Under the pieces are notes generated by a model. It saw only the letters and a list, made by a program, of their open reading frames with translations. It was not told where the DNA came from and searched no databases. A program made the translations under genes and the position numbers. 64,000 nucleotides of DNA from Dehalococcoidia bacterium (GTDB lineage Bacteria; Chloroflexota; Dehalococcoidia; UBA2979): positions 9,753-73,752 of the forward strand of contig JAIBBD010000004.1 in assembly GCA_019694855.1 (NCBI GenBank), given 5' to 3'. Position 1 is the stretch's first letter. Each line of letters begins with the position of its first letter. Of the stretch, positions 36,454 through 45,999 are shown in pieces.

Positions 36454-37301
36454 CGCAGCGCATCGCCCTCCTCGGCCACCCGGTCGCCCACTCGATCTCT
36501 CCGCGCTTCCAGCAGGCCGCCCTCGACGCCCTCGCTATCGACGCCCGGTACGAGGCGTGGGACGTCCCTCCCGCCGACCTCCCCATCGCGCTCGAGCGCT
36601 TGCGCTCCGCCGAGCTGCTGGGCGCCAACGTCACCGTCCCGCACAAGGAAGCCGTGTTCCGCCTCGTCGACCGCCTCGACCCGCTCGCCGAACGCGTCGG
36701 CGCGGTGAACACCATCGTCCGCCGCGACGGCCAGCTGCACGCCACGAACACGGATGTCGCCGGCATCCTCGCGGCCCTCGCGGGCATCCCGCTGCACGGC
36801 GCGAGCGTCTTGCTCCTCGGCGCCGGAGGCGCCGCGCGCGCGGTCGTTGTCGCTATGCATCAAGCGGGCGTCAGCCGGCTCACCATCGCGAACCGCACAC
36901 TGGACCGCGCGCGCGCCCTCGCGGTGCTCGCCCCCGGTATCGAGGTCATCCCCTGCTCCCTGGAGGCCACGGACGCCACGCTTCGCGAAGCGATGGCCGG
37001 GGCAAGCCTCGTCATCCAGTCCACCACGATCGGTATGCTCCACGGCCCGGACGAGGCAGGGTCACCCGTCCCCGCTGACTGGTTCCAACCGGGGCAGACC
37101 GCCTTCGACCTCGTCTATAACCCCGAGCGTACCCCGTTCTTGCGTGCCGCTGAGGCCGCCGGCGCACGCCCACTCGGCGGGCTCGCCATGCTCGTACACC
37201 AGGGCGCCGAGGCGTTCCGCCTCTGGACGGGGGTCGAGCCGCCGCTCGACGTCATGTTCGACGCCGCGCGTACCGCGATGAAAGAGATGGCGTCGAGGTG
37301 A
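36450..37301 (+). CDS. aroE: shikimate dehydrogenase
   Basis: 283 aa. GHPVAHSISP substrate motif and the NADP-binding LLGAGGAARAV. Confidence 0.9.
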   Translation: MTQRIALLGHPVAHSISPRFQQAALDALAIDARYEAWDVPPADLPIALERLRSAELLGANVTVPHKEAVFRLVDRLDPLAERVGAVNTIVRRDGQLHATNTDVAGILAALAGIPLHGASVLLLGAGGAARAVVVAMHQAGVSRLTIANRTLDRARALAVLAPGIEVIPCSLEATDATLREAMAGASLVIQSTTIGMLHGPDEAGSPVPADWFQPGQTAFDLVYNPERTPFLRAAEAAGARPLGGLAMLVHQGAEAFRLWTGVEPPLDVMFDAARTAMKEMASR

Positions 37302-37960
37302 GCTTCATCGCGGTCGGCATCATCGTCTTTCTGCTCCTCGGCCTGGTGATCGGCTTCACGATCGTCCAGTCCGCCTTCTCCCACCGGCACTGGCGCAGGG
37401 TCATCGCTGAAGGCGACCAGCCGACGCTGCTCGCCGCCGTCGAAGAAGCCCTCGAGACGTTTCGAGGCATGCGCGCTCCCCGCGGCACGCCCCCCGCCGA
37501 CTGGCGAGGCCTGCAGTCGGCCGCCCTCGTCGCTGCGGATCGAGACCGCTGCCGCGTCTCGCTGGTCGTCGAGCCCGATGTCCGTGTCATCGGGACCGAG
37601 CGTCGCGAGGTCGGTCCCGCCGAAAGCGTTGCCCGCCGCGTCGCCGTGCGCATGGTCGAGCGCCTGCTCTACGAGATCCCGCTCGCGCGCTTCCAGGCCG
37701 TGCAGGTAGACGTCTACACCGAGTACCGTAGCCCCCAGGGCCAGCTCAGCTCGGAGTGTCTGCTCACCACGCAGGTCTCGCGGTTGATGGCCAGCGAATC
37801 GGACTGGGACGAGCTCGAGGCGGGCGCGATCCTCGCGGACTGGCGGACCCGCGAACGCCAACCCGGCGAGCATGTGAACCCGGAGGAGGGTGCCTTGATC
37901 GCGCCGATGCCGTCGACCAATGGGCAGGGCAGCCTGCCTCACGAGGACATCACCCCGTGA
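37298..37960 (+). CDS. uncharacterized membrane-anchored protein embedded in the aro operon
   Basis: 220 aa with an N-terminal TM helix (FIAVGIIVFLLLGLVIGFTIV). Its start overlaps the aroE stop and its stop overlaps the aroC start. Confidence 0.6.
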   Translation: MSFIAVGIIVFLLLGLVIGFTIVQSAFSHRHWRRVIAEGDQPTLLAAVEEALETFRGMRAPRGTPPADWRGLQSAALVAADRDRCRVSLVVEPDVRVIGTERREVGPAESVARRVAVRMVERLLYEIPLARFQAVQVDVYTEYRSPQGQLSSECLLTTQVSRLMASESDWDELEAGAILADWRTRERQPGEHVNPEEGALIAPMPSTNGQGSLPHEDITP

Positions 37961-39147
37961 CCGCCTTCCGCTTCCTGACTGCCGGCGAGTCCCACGGCAA
38001 GGGCCTCACCTCGATCGTCGAGGGCGTCCCCGCCGGCCTGCCGCTGACCGAGGACCAGATCGCCGCCGACCTCGCCCGTCGGCAGGGAGGCTACGGCCGC
38101 GGTCGCCGCCAGCAAATCGAGAAAGATCGCGCCGAGATCACCGCTGGCGTTCGCCATGGCCTCGCCACCGGCGCCCCCATCGCGCTCTGGGTCGTGAACG
38201 CCGACCACCAGAACGCCAACTGGCAGGTCCGCATGTCCGTCGGCCCCGTCGACGAGGAGGTCGAGCGCGTCACGCTCCTTCGCCCTGGCCATGCCGACCT
38301 CGCCGGCACTCAGAAGTACGGCTTTGACGACGTGCGCCCCATCCTCGAGCGCTCGAGTGCTCGCGAAACGACTCAGCGCGTTGCTGTCGGCGCGATCGCG
38401 CGCGCCGTGCTCGCCGAGATCGGCATCGAGATCCACTCGCACTCGCTCGAGATCGGCGACGTCGTCGCACACGTACCCGACCGCATCGACTGGGCCGCCG
38501 TCGAGGCCTCGCCCGTCCGCGTCGCCGATCCGGCCGCGGAGCCGCGCATGATCGCCGCCATCGACGCCGCGAAGGAGAACCTCGATAGCCTCGGCGGCGT
38601 TTTCGAGGTTCGCGCCACCGGCGTCCCGATCGGCCTCGGCAGCCACGTGCAGTGGGATCGCCGGATGGACGCGCGCATCGCCCAGGCCATGCTCTCCATC
38701 AATGCGGTGAAAGGCGTCGAGATCGGAGACGCCTTCGCCAACGCCCGCAAGCCGGGCTCCGAGGTGCAGGACCTCATCCTTCCCGCTGACGCCTGGGAGC
38801 GCCGCCCCTGGGAGCACGCTACGAACCGCGCTGGTGGGCTCGAGGGCGGCATGTCGAACGGCGAGGAGATCGTCGTCCGTGCTGCGCTCAAACCGATCTC
38901 CACGATCCCGCGCCGGCTCCCCTCGACCGACCTGCTCACCGGCGACGAGGCGACCGCCTTCTACGAGCGCGCCGACGCGTGCGTGGTTCCCGCCGCCGGC
39001 GTGATCGGCGAGGCTATGCTCGCCATCGTCCTCGCCGAGGCCGCCCTCGAGAAGTTCGGCGGCGACCACATCGAGGAGTTCCGACGCAATTGCGCCGCCT
39101 ACCTCGCCACCGTCGGCCCCCGCGAGCGCGAGGGCGCGCCCCGATGA
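37957..39147 (+). CDS. aroC: chorismate synthase
   Basis: GTG start (VTAFRFLTAGESHGKGL); chorismate synthase signatures throughout. The upstream extension of the track ORF was rejected. Confidence 0.93.
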   Translation: MTAFRFLTAGESHGKGLTSIVEGVPAGLPLTEDQIAADLARRQGGYGRGRRQQIEKDRAEITAGVRHGLATGAPIALWVVNADHQNANWQVRMSVGPVDEEVERVTLLRPGHADLAGTQKYGFDDVRPILERSSARETTQRVAVGAIARAVLAEIGIEIHSHSLEIGDVVAHVPDRIDWAAVEASPVRVADPAAEPRMIAAIDAAKENLDSLGGVFEVRATGVPIGLGSHVQWDRRMDARIAQAMLSINAVKGVEIGDAFANARKPGSEVQDLILPADAWERRPWEHATNRAGGLEGGMSNGEEIVVRAALKPISTIPRRLPSTDLLTGDEATAFYERADACVVPAAGVIGEAMLAIVLAEAALEKFGGDHIEEFRRNCAAYLATVGPREREGAPR

Positions 39148-40847
39148 CGAGCGGTACGCCGACCACGCCTTGCCAGCAGATCGTGCTCGTCGGTCTCTCC
39201 GGCGCCGGCAAATCGACCGTGGGTGCGATCCTCGCCCGCCGCCTCGGCTGGCCGCTCATCGACACCGACGATCTCGTCGCGAAGCGCCACGGCAGCACGC
39301 CCGCCGAGATCATCACCTCGAAAGGTGAGCCCGCCTTCCGTGAGATCGAACGCGCGGCCGTCCACGAGGCGGCCCAGCAGACGCCCGCGGTCATCGCGAC
39401 CGGAGGCGGCGCGTTCCAGCTGCCGGCTTCCCGCGCGGCCCTCGGCGAGCGCGGTCTCATCTGCTACCTCGACGCGACGCCCGGCGAGATCGCGCGCCGC
39501 CTGCGCGCGGCGCCTGACGCCAGCGACCGCCCCCTCATCGCGGGCGACGACCCTGAGAGCCGACTCCAGCAACTCGATGCCGAACGCCGCCTCGCGTACA
39601 GTCACGCCGATCTCTGGGTGCCCGTGCAGGGCATGGATCCCGAGACGGCCGCCGCCCGCATCCTGCACACCTGGGCGACCGAGGCCGACCGGCTGCGCTC
39701 GCTGCCCCTCCGCCTCGACCGCCTCGGCGCGGCGCGCCCCTCGGCCGTACCCGAGGCGCTGGTCGACACCGGCCAGGACCGCTACCCGATCTGGATCGGG
39801 TCGGGCCAGCTCACCCGTCTCCCCGAGCGGCTCCGCATGGTCGGCGTCACGGGCCGGGTCTTCCTCATCTCCGACACCAACGTCATCGAGGCGCACGGCA
39901 TGCGCATCGCCCAGGCCCTCGATGGTGCGGGCATCCCCGGGGCCTCGTACATCGTCCCCGCCGGCGAGGCCTCAAAGACGCTTCGTGTCGCCGATGAGCT
40001 GTACCGCTGGCTCGCCGAGCAGCGGGCCGAACGTCGCGACGCGATTCTCGCCCTCGGTGGTGGCGTGATCGGCGACCTCGCGGGATACGTCGCCGCCACC
40101 TACCTCCGCGGCATGCCGCTCATCCAGGCGCCGACCTCGACGCTGGCCATGAACGACGCTGCCATCGGCGGCAAGGTTGCCGTCGACCTCCCGGCCGGGA
40201 AGAACCTGGTCGGCGCCTTCCATCAGCCGCACGCCGTCATCGCGGACACGGACACCCTGCGCACATTCCCGAGGCGCTCCTACACCGAGGGCTTTGGCGA
40301 GGTGATCAAGCACGCTCTCATCCTCGACCCCCCGCTGCTGCGTGACCTCGAACGACACGCTGGCTCGCTCGCCGCCGGGACACCGGATCCCGAGGTTTTG
40401 GCGAGCGTCTTCACGCGGTCGGCGCGCCTCAAGGCGCTGGTGGTGTCGGCGGACCCCACCGAGCGTGGTCTGCGTGCCATCCTGAACTACGGCCACACCA
40501 TCGCCCACGGCATCGAGGCCGCCGCCGGCTACGGCAACGACTACCTCCACGGTGAAGCTGTCGCCGTCGGCATGATGGGCGCGGCGCGCATCGCCGTTCG
40601 CTTGGGACTCCTCGACGAGGAGGTCCTCGCTCGTCAGGGCGACGTGTTGCGCGCCTTCGGTCTGCCTCTTTCGGCGCCCGGCGTCCCCGCGAATGCGATC
40701 CTGAATGCCATGCGTCTCGACAAGAAGGTCGTCGCCGGCAGGCTGCGCTTCATCCTGCTCGAGGACGTCGGCCGCCCCGTCGTCCGCGACGACGTCCCCG
40801 AAGACCTCGTCGCCGAAGTCGTCCGGGGACTCGTCGCCAGCTCGTGA
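39144..40847 (+). CDS. aroKB: bifunctional shikimate kinase / 3-dehydroquinate synthase (AroK-AroB fusion)
   Basis: One continuous frame. The N-terminal ~170 aa is shikimate kinase (IVLVGLSGAGKSTVG Walker A, IDTDD, ATGGG lid). From about residue 215 it is dehydroquinate synthase (GGGVIGDLAGYVAATYLRG, TLAMNDAAIGGK, NYGHTIAHGIEA metal site). The ATG overlaps the aroC stop. Confidence 0.88.
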   Translation: MTSGTPTTPCQQIVLVGLSGAGKSTVGAILARRLGWPLIDTDDLVAKRHGSTPAEIITSKGEPAFREIERAAVHEAAQQTPAVIATGGGAFQLPASRAALGERGLICYLDATPGEIARRLRAAPDASDRPLIAGDDPESRLQQLDAERRLAYSHADLWVPVQGMDPETAAARILHTWATEADRLRSLPLRLDRLGAARPSAVPEALVDTGQDRYPIWIGSGQLTRLPERLRMVGVTGRVFLISDTNVIEAHGMRIAQALDGAGIPGASYIVPAGEASKTLRVADELYRWLAEQRAERRDAILALGGGVIGDLAGYVAATYLRGMPLIQAPTSTLAMNDAAIGGKVAVDLPAGKNLVGAFHQPHAVIADTDTLRTFPRRSYTEGFGEVIKHALILDPPLLRDLERHAGSLAAGTPDPEVLASVFTRSARLKALVVSADPTERGLRAILNYGHTIAHGIEAAAGYGNDYLHGEAVAVGMMGAARIAVRLGLLDEEVLARQGDVLRAFGLPLSAPGVPANAILNAMRLDKKVVAGRLRFILLEDVGRPVVRDDVPEDLVAEVVRGLVASS

Positions 40848-40866
40848 CGACCGAGGAGCCGCGCTC

Positions 40867-41160
40867 GTGACCTCCTATCGTCGTCGTCGTCGCATCGTGG
40901 CGAAGGCCGTTGGCCGCGTGCAGGGCGTCGGCTACCGCGCGTTCTGTGCCCATGAGGCAACCCGGCTCCTCGTTGAGGGCTACGCGAAGAACCTCCCCGA
41001 CGGCCGCACCGTCGAGGTCGTCGCCGAGGCCGACGAACCCACCCTCCGCACCTTTATCGAGCGCCTCCGAGAGGGCCCCACGATGTCGCACGTCGACAGC
41101 GTCACCTTCCGCTGGGAGGACTCGACGGGCGAGTTCGACGGCTTCGAGGCCGTGATCTGA
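40867..41160 (+). CDS. acyP: acylphosphatase
   Basis: GTG start after a GAGGAG RBS, about 97 aa, with the acylphosphatase signature VQGVGYR. Confidence 0.75.
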   Translation: MTSYRRRRRIVAKAVGRVQGVGYRAFCAHEATRLLVEGYAKNLPDGRTVEVVAEADEPTLRTFIERLREGPTMSHVDSVTFRWEDSTGEFDGFEAVI

Positions 41161-41265
41161 GCCCAGCCCCCTCCTCGCGGCGAGCGGCTCGTTGAGGGCC
41201 CGTATGGTAGTCTCCCCACACTCGCGCTCACTGCTGCGGCATCATCCGCTTCGAAGGGGATCCGA

Positions 41266-42510
41266 ATGAACGTCCGCCGCTCGCCACGGCTGCTGCTCCT
41301 CGTGCCCTTGCTCGCGCTCGCGCTCGGCCTCTCGCTCGCCTGCTCCGACGATGGCGGCGACAGCGACCTCCCGCTGACTGTGGGCGCGCTCGTCCCGGTC
41401 ACCGGCTCCCTGTCCTCCTACGGTGAAGCGAGCCAGGCGGCGCTCAAGCTGGCGGCGGACTCCATCAACAGCGGCTCCGGCGCCAAGGTGAACCTCCTGA
41501 TCGAGGACACCAAGACCGACCCCCCGACCGCGCTGGCCAAACTGCAGTCACTTCATGAACGCGGCGCCAAGATCGTGATCGGCCCCTTCGCCAGCTCCGA
41601 GGTAAAGGCGGTCAAGGACTTCGCGGACCAGAACGGCATCGTCCTCGTCAGTCCGTTGAGCACCGCGCGATCCCTCGCGGTCGCTGACGACAACGTCTTC
41701 CGCTTCACCCCGGATGACGACAAGGAAGGCGTCGCCGTCGCCGCGCTCGCCTGGGCGGACGGCATCAAGACACTGATCGCCGTCAGCCGCAACGACGAAG
41801 GCAACCTCGGGCTGCAGACCTCGATGAAGAGCGCCTTCGAGAAGCTCGGCGGCAAAGTCGTCTCCGGCGTTACGTACCCCGCCGACGAGAAGGAGTTCTC
41901 CGACGAGATGCGTACCGTCGCGGCGGCGCTGACCGGCGCGAAGGCATCGGGCGCCCCCGTCGGCATTTACCTCACCGCGTTTGGCGAGGTGGACGCCCTC
42001 TTCAACGCTGCCAACACGAACGCCGACCTCAAGGCGGTGAAGTGGTACGGCAGCGACAGCGTCGCCTTGAGCGCGGACCTGCTCAGTGACAAGACCGCCG
42101 CCGCGTTTGCGCAGGCTGCCTACTACCCCAACCCCATCCTCGGCCTGAGCGAAGCCGACAAGAGCCGTTGGGCGCCGGTGCAGCAGCAGCTCGCTGGCAC
42201 GCTTGGGCGCCAGCCAGACGCCTTCGCGCTCGCCGCCTATGACGCCCTCATGGTGGCACACGAGGCGCTCGACAAGGCCGGCGGGGACAAGGCCGAGGTC
42301 GCCGATCTCAAGAAGCAGTTCGTCACCCTGGCAAATGGCCACCAGGGCCTGACCGGCCCCACGAAGCTGAACGCCGCGGGCGACCGCGACATCGCCATCT
42401 ACGATTTCTGGGCCGTCTGCAAGCAGAACAACGACTTCTTCTGGTACCGCGCCGCGTCGTACGTGGCGGGCGAGAGCAACCCGATCTCCCGCCCGGAGAA
42501 GTGCCAGTAG
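41266..42510 (+). CDS. ABC transporter substrate-binding lipoprotein, periplasmic-binding-protein type I (Liv/branched-chain amino acid-like)
   Basis: Signal peptide plus lipobox LSLACSD. A PBP1-fold pattern across 414 aa. No permease or ATPase genes are adjacent. Confidence 0.75.
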   Translation: MNVRRSPRLLLLVPLLALALGLSLACSDDGGDSDLPLTVGALVPVTGSLSSYGEASQAALKLAADSINSGSGAKVNLLIEDTKTDPPTALAKLQSLHERGAKIVIGPFASSEVKAVKDFADQNGIVLVSPLSTARSLAVADDNVFRFTPDDDKEGVAVAALAWADGIKTLIAVSRNDEGNLGLQTSMKSAFEKLGGKVVSGVTYPADEKEFSDEMRTVAAALTGAKASGAPVGIYLTAFGEVDALFNAANTNADLKAVKWYGSDSVALSADLLSDKTAAAFAQAAYYPNPILGLSEADKSRWAPVQQQLAGTLGRQPDAFALAAYDALMVAHEALDKAGGDKAEVADLKKQFVTLANGHQGLTGPTKLNAAGDRDIAIYDFWAVCKQNNDFFWYRAASYVAGESNPISRPEKCQ

Positions 42511-42514
42511 CGCC

Positions 42515-43024
42515 CTACCGGCGTCCGCGCCGTCGCCATCGACCGAGGAATCCCTGTCCGCCGTCCGCGGACGGGGATTCCTGCTTCTCGCCCCCCAACC
42601 GCTCTTCGATCAGCGCCGCGAGTCGGTCACCCTCGCCAGTGGCGAACACGCCGAGGTCGCCCAGTAACGCCACCGTCGGCACCGTCGCTACGAGGTCGGC
42701 ATCGTCCGCACTCCTCGTGTGGTCGTCGTCCGAGGAAATCTGTACGGTCGCGCATCCCGCTGCGCGGAATCCTTCCGCGAGCAGCACATCGAGGTTGGGC
42801 TCGATCGATCCCACGAACTCAACCAGCTCGCTGGCGTCGAAGTGACGCGACACCGTGACACGTCCGCCGTTCGACAGCACGAACACGGCCGTCGAATCGT
42901 CGCGCAGCACGACCGAGGCCACGCGGCGCCCCCGTCGTCGCAGCGCCTCGGTCAGCGCCGTGATGAGCAGTGATTTACCGGACGCCGACGGCCCCACCAC
43001 ACAGATCAGGGCGGGGTGGGTCAC
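42515..43024 (-). CDS. mobB: molybdopterin-guanine dinucleotide biosynthesis adapter protein MobB
   Basis: The GTG start overlaps the moeA stop (GTGA). P-loop ICVVGPSASGKS and a length of about 169 aa are typical of MobB. The track's N-terminal extension was rejected. Confidence 0.75.
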   Translation of the reverse strand: MTHPALICVVGPSASGKSLLITALTEALRRRGRRVASVVLRDDSTAVFVLSNGGRVTVSRHFDASELVEFVGSIEPNLDVLLAEGFRAAGCATVQISSDDDHTRSADDADLVATVPTVALLGDLGVFATGEGDRLAALIEERLGGEKQESPSADGGQGFLGRWRRRGRR

Positions 43025-44328
43025 AGCGGCAGGGGCGCTCCGAGGAGGATCACGTCGCACTCCTCGCCCGCCTCGATCGTCGCCACGTCCTCCGGCACGA
43101 TCGCGTACCCATTGGCGAGCGCCATCGAGGTCAGCACGCCGGACCCCTGCGGCCCCGTTAGGTTTACGACATAACCATCGCCATCCGACCTGACGATAGC
43201 GCGCGCGTAGAACCGCCGCGGGTCGGGATTCACGATGCGCTCGTGCGTGACTGCGCGCACCGTCGGGCGCACCCACGCCTCCGGCTTGCCCAGCAGGGTG
43301 AACAGCGCCGGCCGGCCGAACAGCTCGAACGTCATGAGCGCGGACACGGGGTTGCCCGGCAGTCCGAGGTGGGGCACGACCCGGTCACCAGCCGCCCGGA
43401 AGGTGCCAAACGCCAGCGGCTTCCCCGGCCGCATGCGCACCGTCCAGAAACCGACCTCGCCCTCGCGTGCCAGCACTTCCTTCACCACGTCGAAATCGCC
43501 CCGCGACACGCCCGCGGAGGTAATGAGCAGGTCCGCTGTCTCGAGGGCCTCGTGGATGCGCGCCGTCAACGCCTCTACGCTGTCGCGCGCGACATCGAGG
43601 ATGGTCGGGACACCGCCGCAGTCTCGCACCGCCGCCGCAATCCCGAAGGCGTTTGAGTCGTAGATCTTGCCCGGCCGCAGTGGCTCGCCCGGCCGCAGCA
43701 GCTCGTCGCCCGTCGACAGCACCGCGACCCGCGGACGTCGGTGTACCGGTGCGTGGTCGAGCCCCAGCGAGGCAAGCACACCGATTTGTGCCGGCCCGAG
43801 CACGGTGCCCGCCGCGAGCACGACTTCACCCGCCCGCACGTCCTCGCCGGCCCGCCGGATGTTCGCTCCGAGGCGCGCCGCGACGTCGACTCGTACGCGC
43901 TCGCGGGGAGCGTCGCTCCAGCGCCCGTGCTCCTGTTCGTCAGTCTCCTCGAAGGGGACGACCGCGTCCGCACCGTCCGGCATCGGCGCGCCCGTCATGA
44001 TGCGCACGGCCTCGCCAGGCCCGACGGCGCCGTTGAAGAGTGAACCCGCGGCGAGATAGCCCGTGACGCGCAGCTCCCGCGGCGTGGAGGGTGCTGCCCC
44101 CTCGGTGTCTGCCGCTCGTACGGCATACCCGTCCATGCTCGTGTTGGCCATCGGCGGGATGCTGAAGCTGGCCCGCACGTCCTCGGCTAGCACCTGCCCC
44201 AGCACCTCGGTCAGCGGCGTCTGCTCTACTGGCAGTGGTGAGAAGTGTTCGAGGATGCGCGCGCGCGCTTCCTCCACCGAGATCATGCCCGACGGCCCCG
44301 GCGGCCCGTGGTGGGCGATGGTCGTCAC
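43021..44328 (-). CDS. moeA: molybdopterin molybdotransferase MoeA
   Basis: 435 aa. The MoeA N-domain (SVEEARARIL), the MoCF biosynthesis domain (GDxxxG-like) and the C-terminal domain. Confidence 0.9.
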   Translation of the reverse strand: MTTIAHHGPPGPSGMISVEEARARILEHFSPLPVEQTPLTEVLGQVLAEDVRASFSIPPMANTSMDGYAVRAADTEGAAPSTPRELRVTGYLAAGSLFNGAVGPGEAVRIMTGAPMPDGADAVVPFEETDEQEHGRWSDAPRERVRVDVAARLGANIRRAGEDVRAGEVVLAAGTVLGPAQIGVLASLGLDHAPVHRRPRVAVLSTGDELLRPGEPLRPGKIYDSNAFGIAAAVRDCGGVPTILDVARDSVEALTARIHEALETADLLITSAGVSRGDFDVVKEVLAREGEVGFWTVRMRPGKPLAFGTFRAAGDRVVPHLGLPGNPVSALMTFELFGRPALFTLLGKPEAWVRPTVRAVTHERIVNPDPRRFYARAIVRSDGDGYVVNLTGPQGSGVLTSMALANGYAIVPEDVATIEAGEECDVILLGAPLPL

Positions 44329-44370
44329 GCTCTGCCGCCCTCGAGGGCCGTCCGTGTCATTGCCGGCGGA

Positions 44371-44622
44371 CTACCCGAGCTGCACCGACAGGCAGGTGGT
44401 CGTGCGCTGCACGCCCGGCACCCGCTGGATGTCCTCCGTGATGCACTTGCCCAGCATGTCGAGGTCATCGGCCTCCAGCTGCACGATCACGTCGAACGGC
44501 CCCGTAACGGTGTCCACCGCCAGCACGCGTGCCAGCGTCGGCGCCAGGTCGCGCATCGCGCGTCCCACGGCCTGTGTTCGTCCGACTTCGGTCTCGACCA
44601 GGATGTAGCCTCGAATCGGCAT
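44371..44622 (-). CDS. stand-alone Lrp/AsnC ligand-binding (RAM) domain protein
   Basis: 83 aa (YILVETEVGRTQAVGRAMRDLAPTL...DVIVQLEADD) matches the AsnC C-terminal RAM domain with no HTH. Co-directional and immediately upstream of moeA-mobB. Confidence 0.65.
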   Translation of the reverse strand: MPIRGYILVETEVGRTQAVGRAMRDLAPTLARVLAVDTVTGPFDVIVQLEADDLDMLGKCITEDIQRVPGVQRTTTCLSVQLG

Positions 44623-44698
44623 CGCGGGACCTTTCAGTGGTGCTCGCCCAGTCTCCTCCCGTGATTGTACGAGAGCGCGACGCCACGCACGCGGCCGC

Positions 44699-45931
44699 TC
44701 ACGCCTCCGCGCCGCTCACGAGCGCGGGCGCTCCCACCGACGCCGCTCGGCGATGTGCGCGCAGCCAGACCGGCCCGAGGATCAGCGCCCCCACCGCCAG
44801 TGCCGCTCCCAGCATCGCGAACGCAGCCGGCAGGCCCTCGCGGTCAGCGACCGCCCCGGCCAGGGGCCCCAGCGGCGCGATGAACAACCCGCGCGACAGC
44901 GACTCGAGCGACAGCACCGTTGCCCGCTGCTCCGAGGGCACGCGCCGGTTCACATACCCGGTCGTCAACGGGATGATCGTCGACTCCAGCAGCGCCAGCA
45001 CCGGCACGAACGCGAACGCCGCGAGCGTCGGCACCGTCGCCAGCCCCACGTACGCGGCCACGCCCCCGGTCGCGAGCACGCACAGCACCGTCGCCTCGCC
45101 AACTCTCCGCAGCACCGACGCCACCATGAACGCCCCGAGGGCTGCCGCGAGCCACGGCACCACCTGCAGCGACGAGAAGGCGGGCCCGACCTCGACGCCG
45201 CGGTCGAGCAGCAGCGGCTGCACGAAGTACATCGCCGCGCCCATCGCGCCGCTGATCAGGCCGCCGAACGCGACCAGCCACCGCAGCGCCTCATCTCGCC
45301 ACGCGATGCGAAACGCCTGCGTCATGTTCCCGAAGTAACGCGTCACGACCTCAGACGCTGACCGGTGTGGAGCCTCGACCATCAGGAAGGCCACGCTCGC
45401 CGCCACGAGGTATACGGCCATCCCGACGAAGACCGTGAAGCGAAGGCTCGTCAGCACCGCCAGCGGTCCCCCCACCGAGGTGGCCGCCGCCACGCCGATC
45501 CACACTGCAGCCTCGCCACGGCCGGCGTGTCGTTCGTACTCGTCCTCGCGTCCGATCGCCTGCAGCGAGTCGTATAGCAGCGCGAGGTCCGCCCCCGACA
45601 TCAGCGCCGCCGCCAGCGCCCACAGCATGAACGAGGCGAGCATGACCGCGAACGTCGTCGCGAACGCGAAGGTCCCGAGCGCCACCACCATCACGAGGCA
45701 CCCCAGCCCCACCGAGAGCGATCGCCCCCAGCGGTCGGCCACCGCCCCCGTCGGCACCTCAAGGAACACCGTCGCAAGGAAATACAGCCCGTCCGCCGCG
45801 GTCACCTCGGCCAGCGAGAACCCTTGCTCCACCGTCAGGAAGACGACCCACACGGGGATCCACACCTGCGCGTCCCGCAGGAAACGGTAGATGTAGAACA
45901 GCCGGATGTTCAGCTCGAGCGAACGCCGCAT
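44699..45931 (-). CDS. MFS transporter
   Basis: 410 aa, about 12 predicted TM helices, with the MFS motif region GAVADRWGR. Confidence 0.8.
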   Translation of the reverse strand: MRRSLELNIRLFYIYRFLRDAQVWIPVWVVFLTVEQGFSLAEVTAADGLYFLATVFLEVPTGAVADRWGRSLSVGLGCLVMVVALGTFAFATTFAVMLASFMLWALAAALMSGADLALLYDSLQAIGREDEYERHAGRGEAAVWIGVAAATSVGGPLAVLTSLRFTVFVGMAVYLVAASVAFLMVEAPHRSASEVVTRYFGNMTQAFRIAWRDEALRWLVAFGGLISGAMGAAMYFVQPLLLDRGVEVGPAFSSLQVVPWLAAALGAFMVASVLRRVGEATVLCVLATGGVAAYVGLATVPTLAAFAFVPVLALLESTIIPLTTGYVNRRVPSEQRATVLSLESLSRGLFIAPLGPLAGAVADREGLPAAFAMLGAALAVGALILGPVWLRAHRRAASVGAPALVSGAEA

Positions 45932-45999
45932 CCAACCACTGTAGCCAGTTCCGCGCCCGCCTCGCTGCCCGCAACGCGGCGCTCGGCTACACTCGCTCC

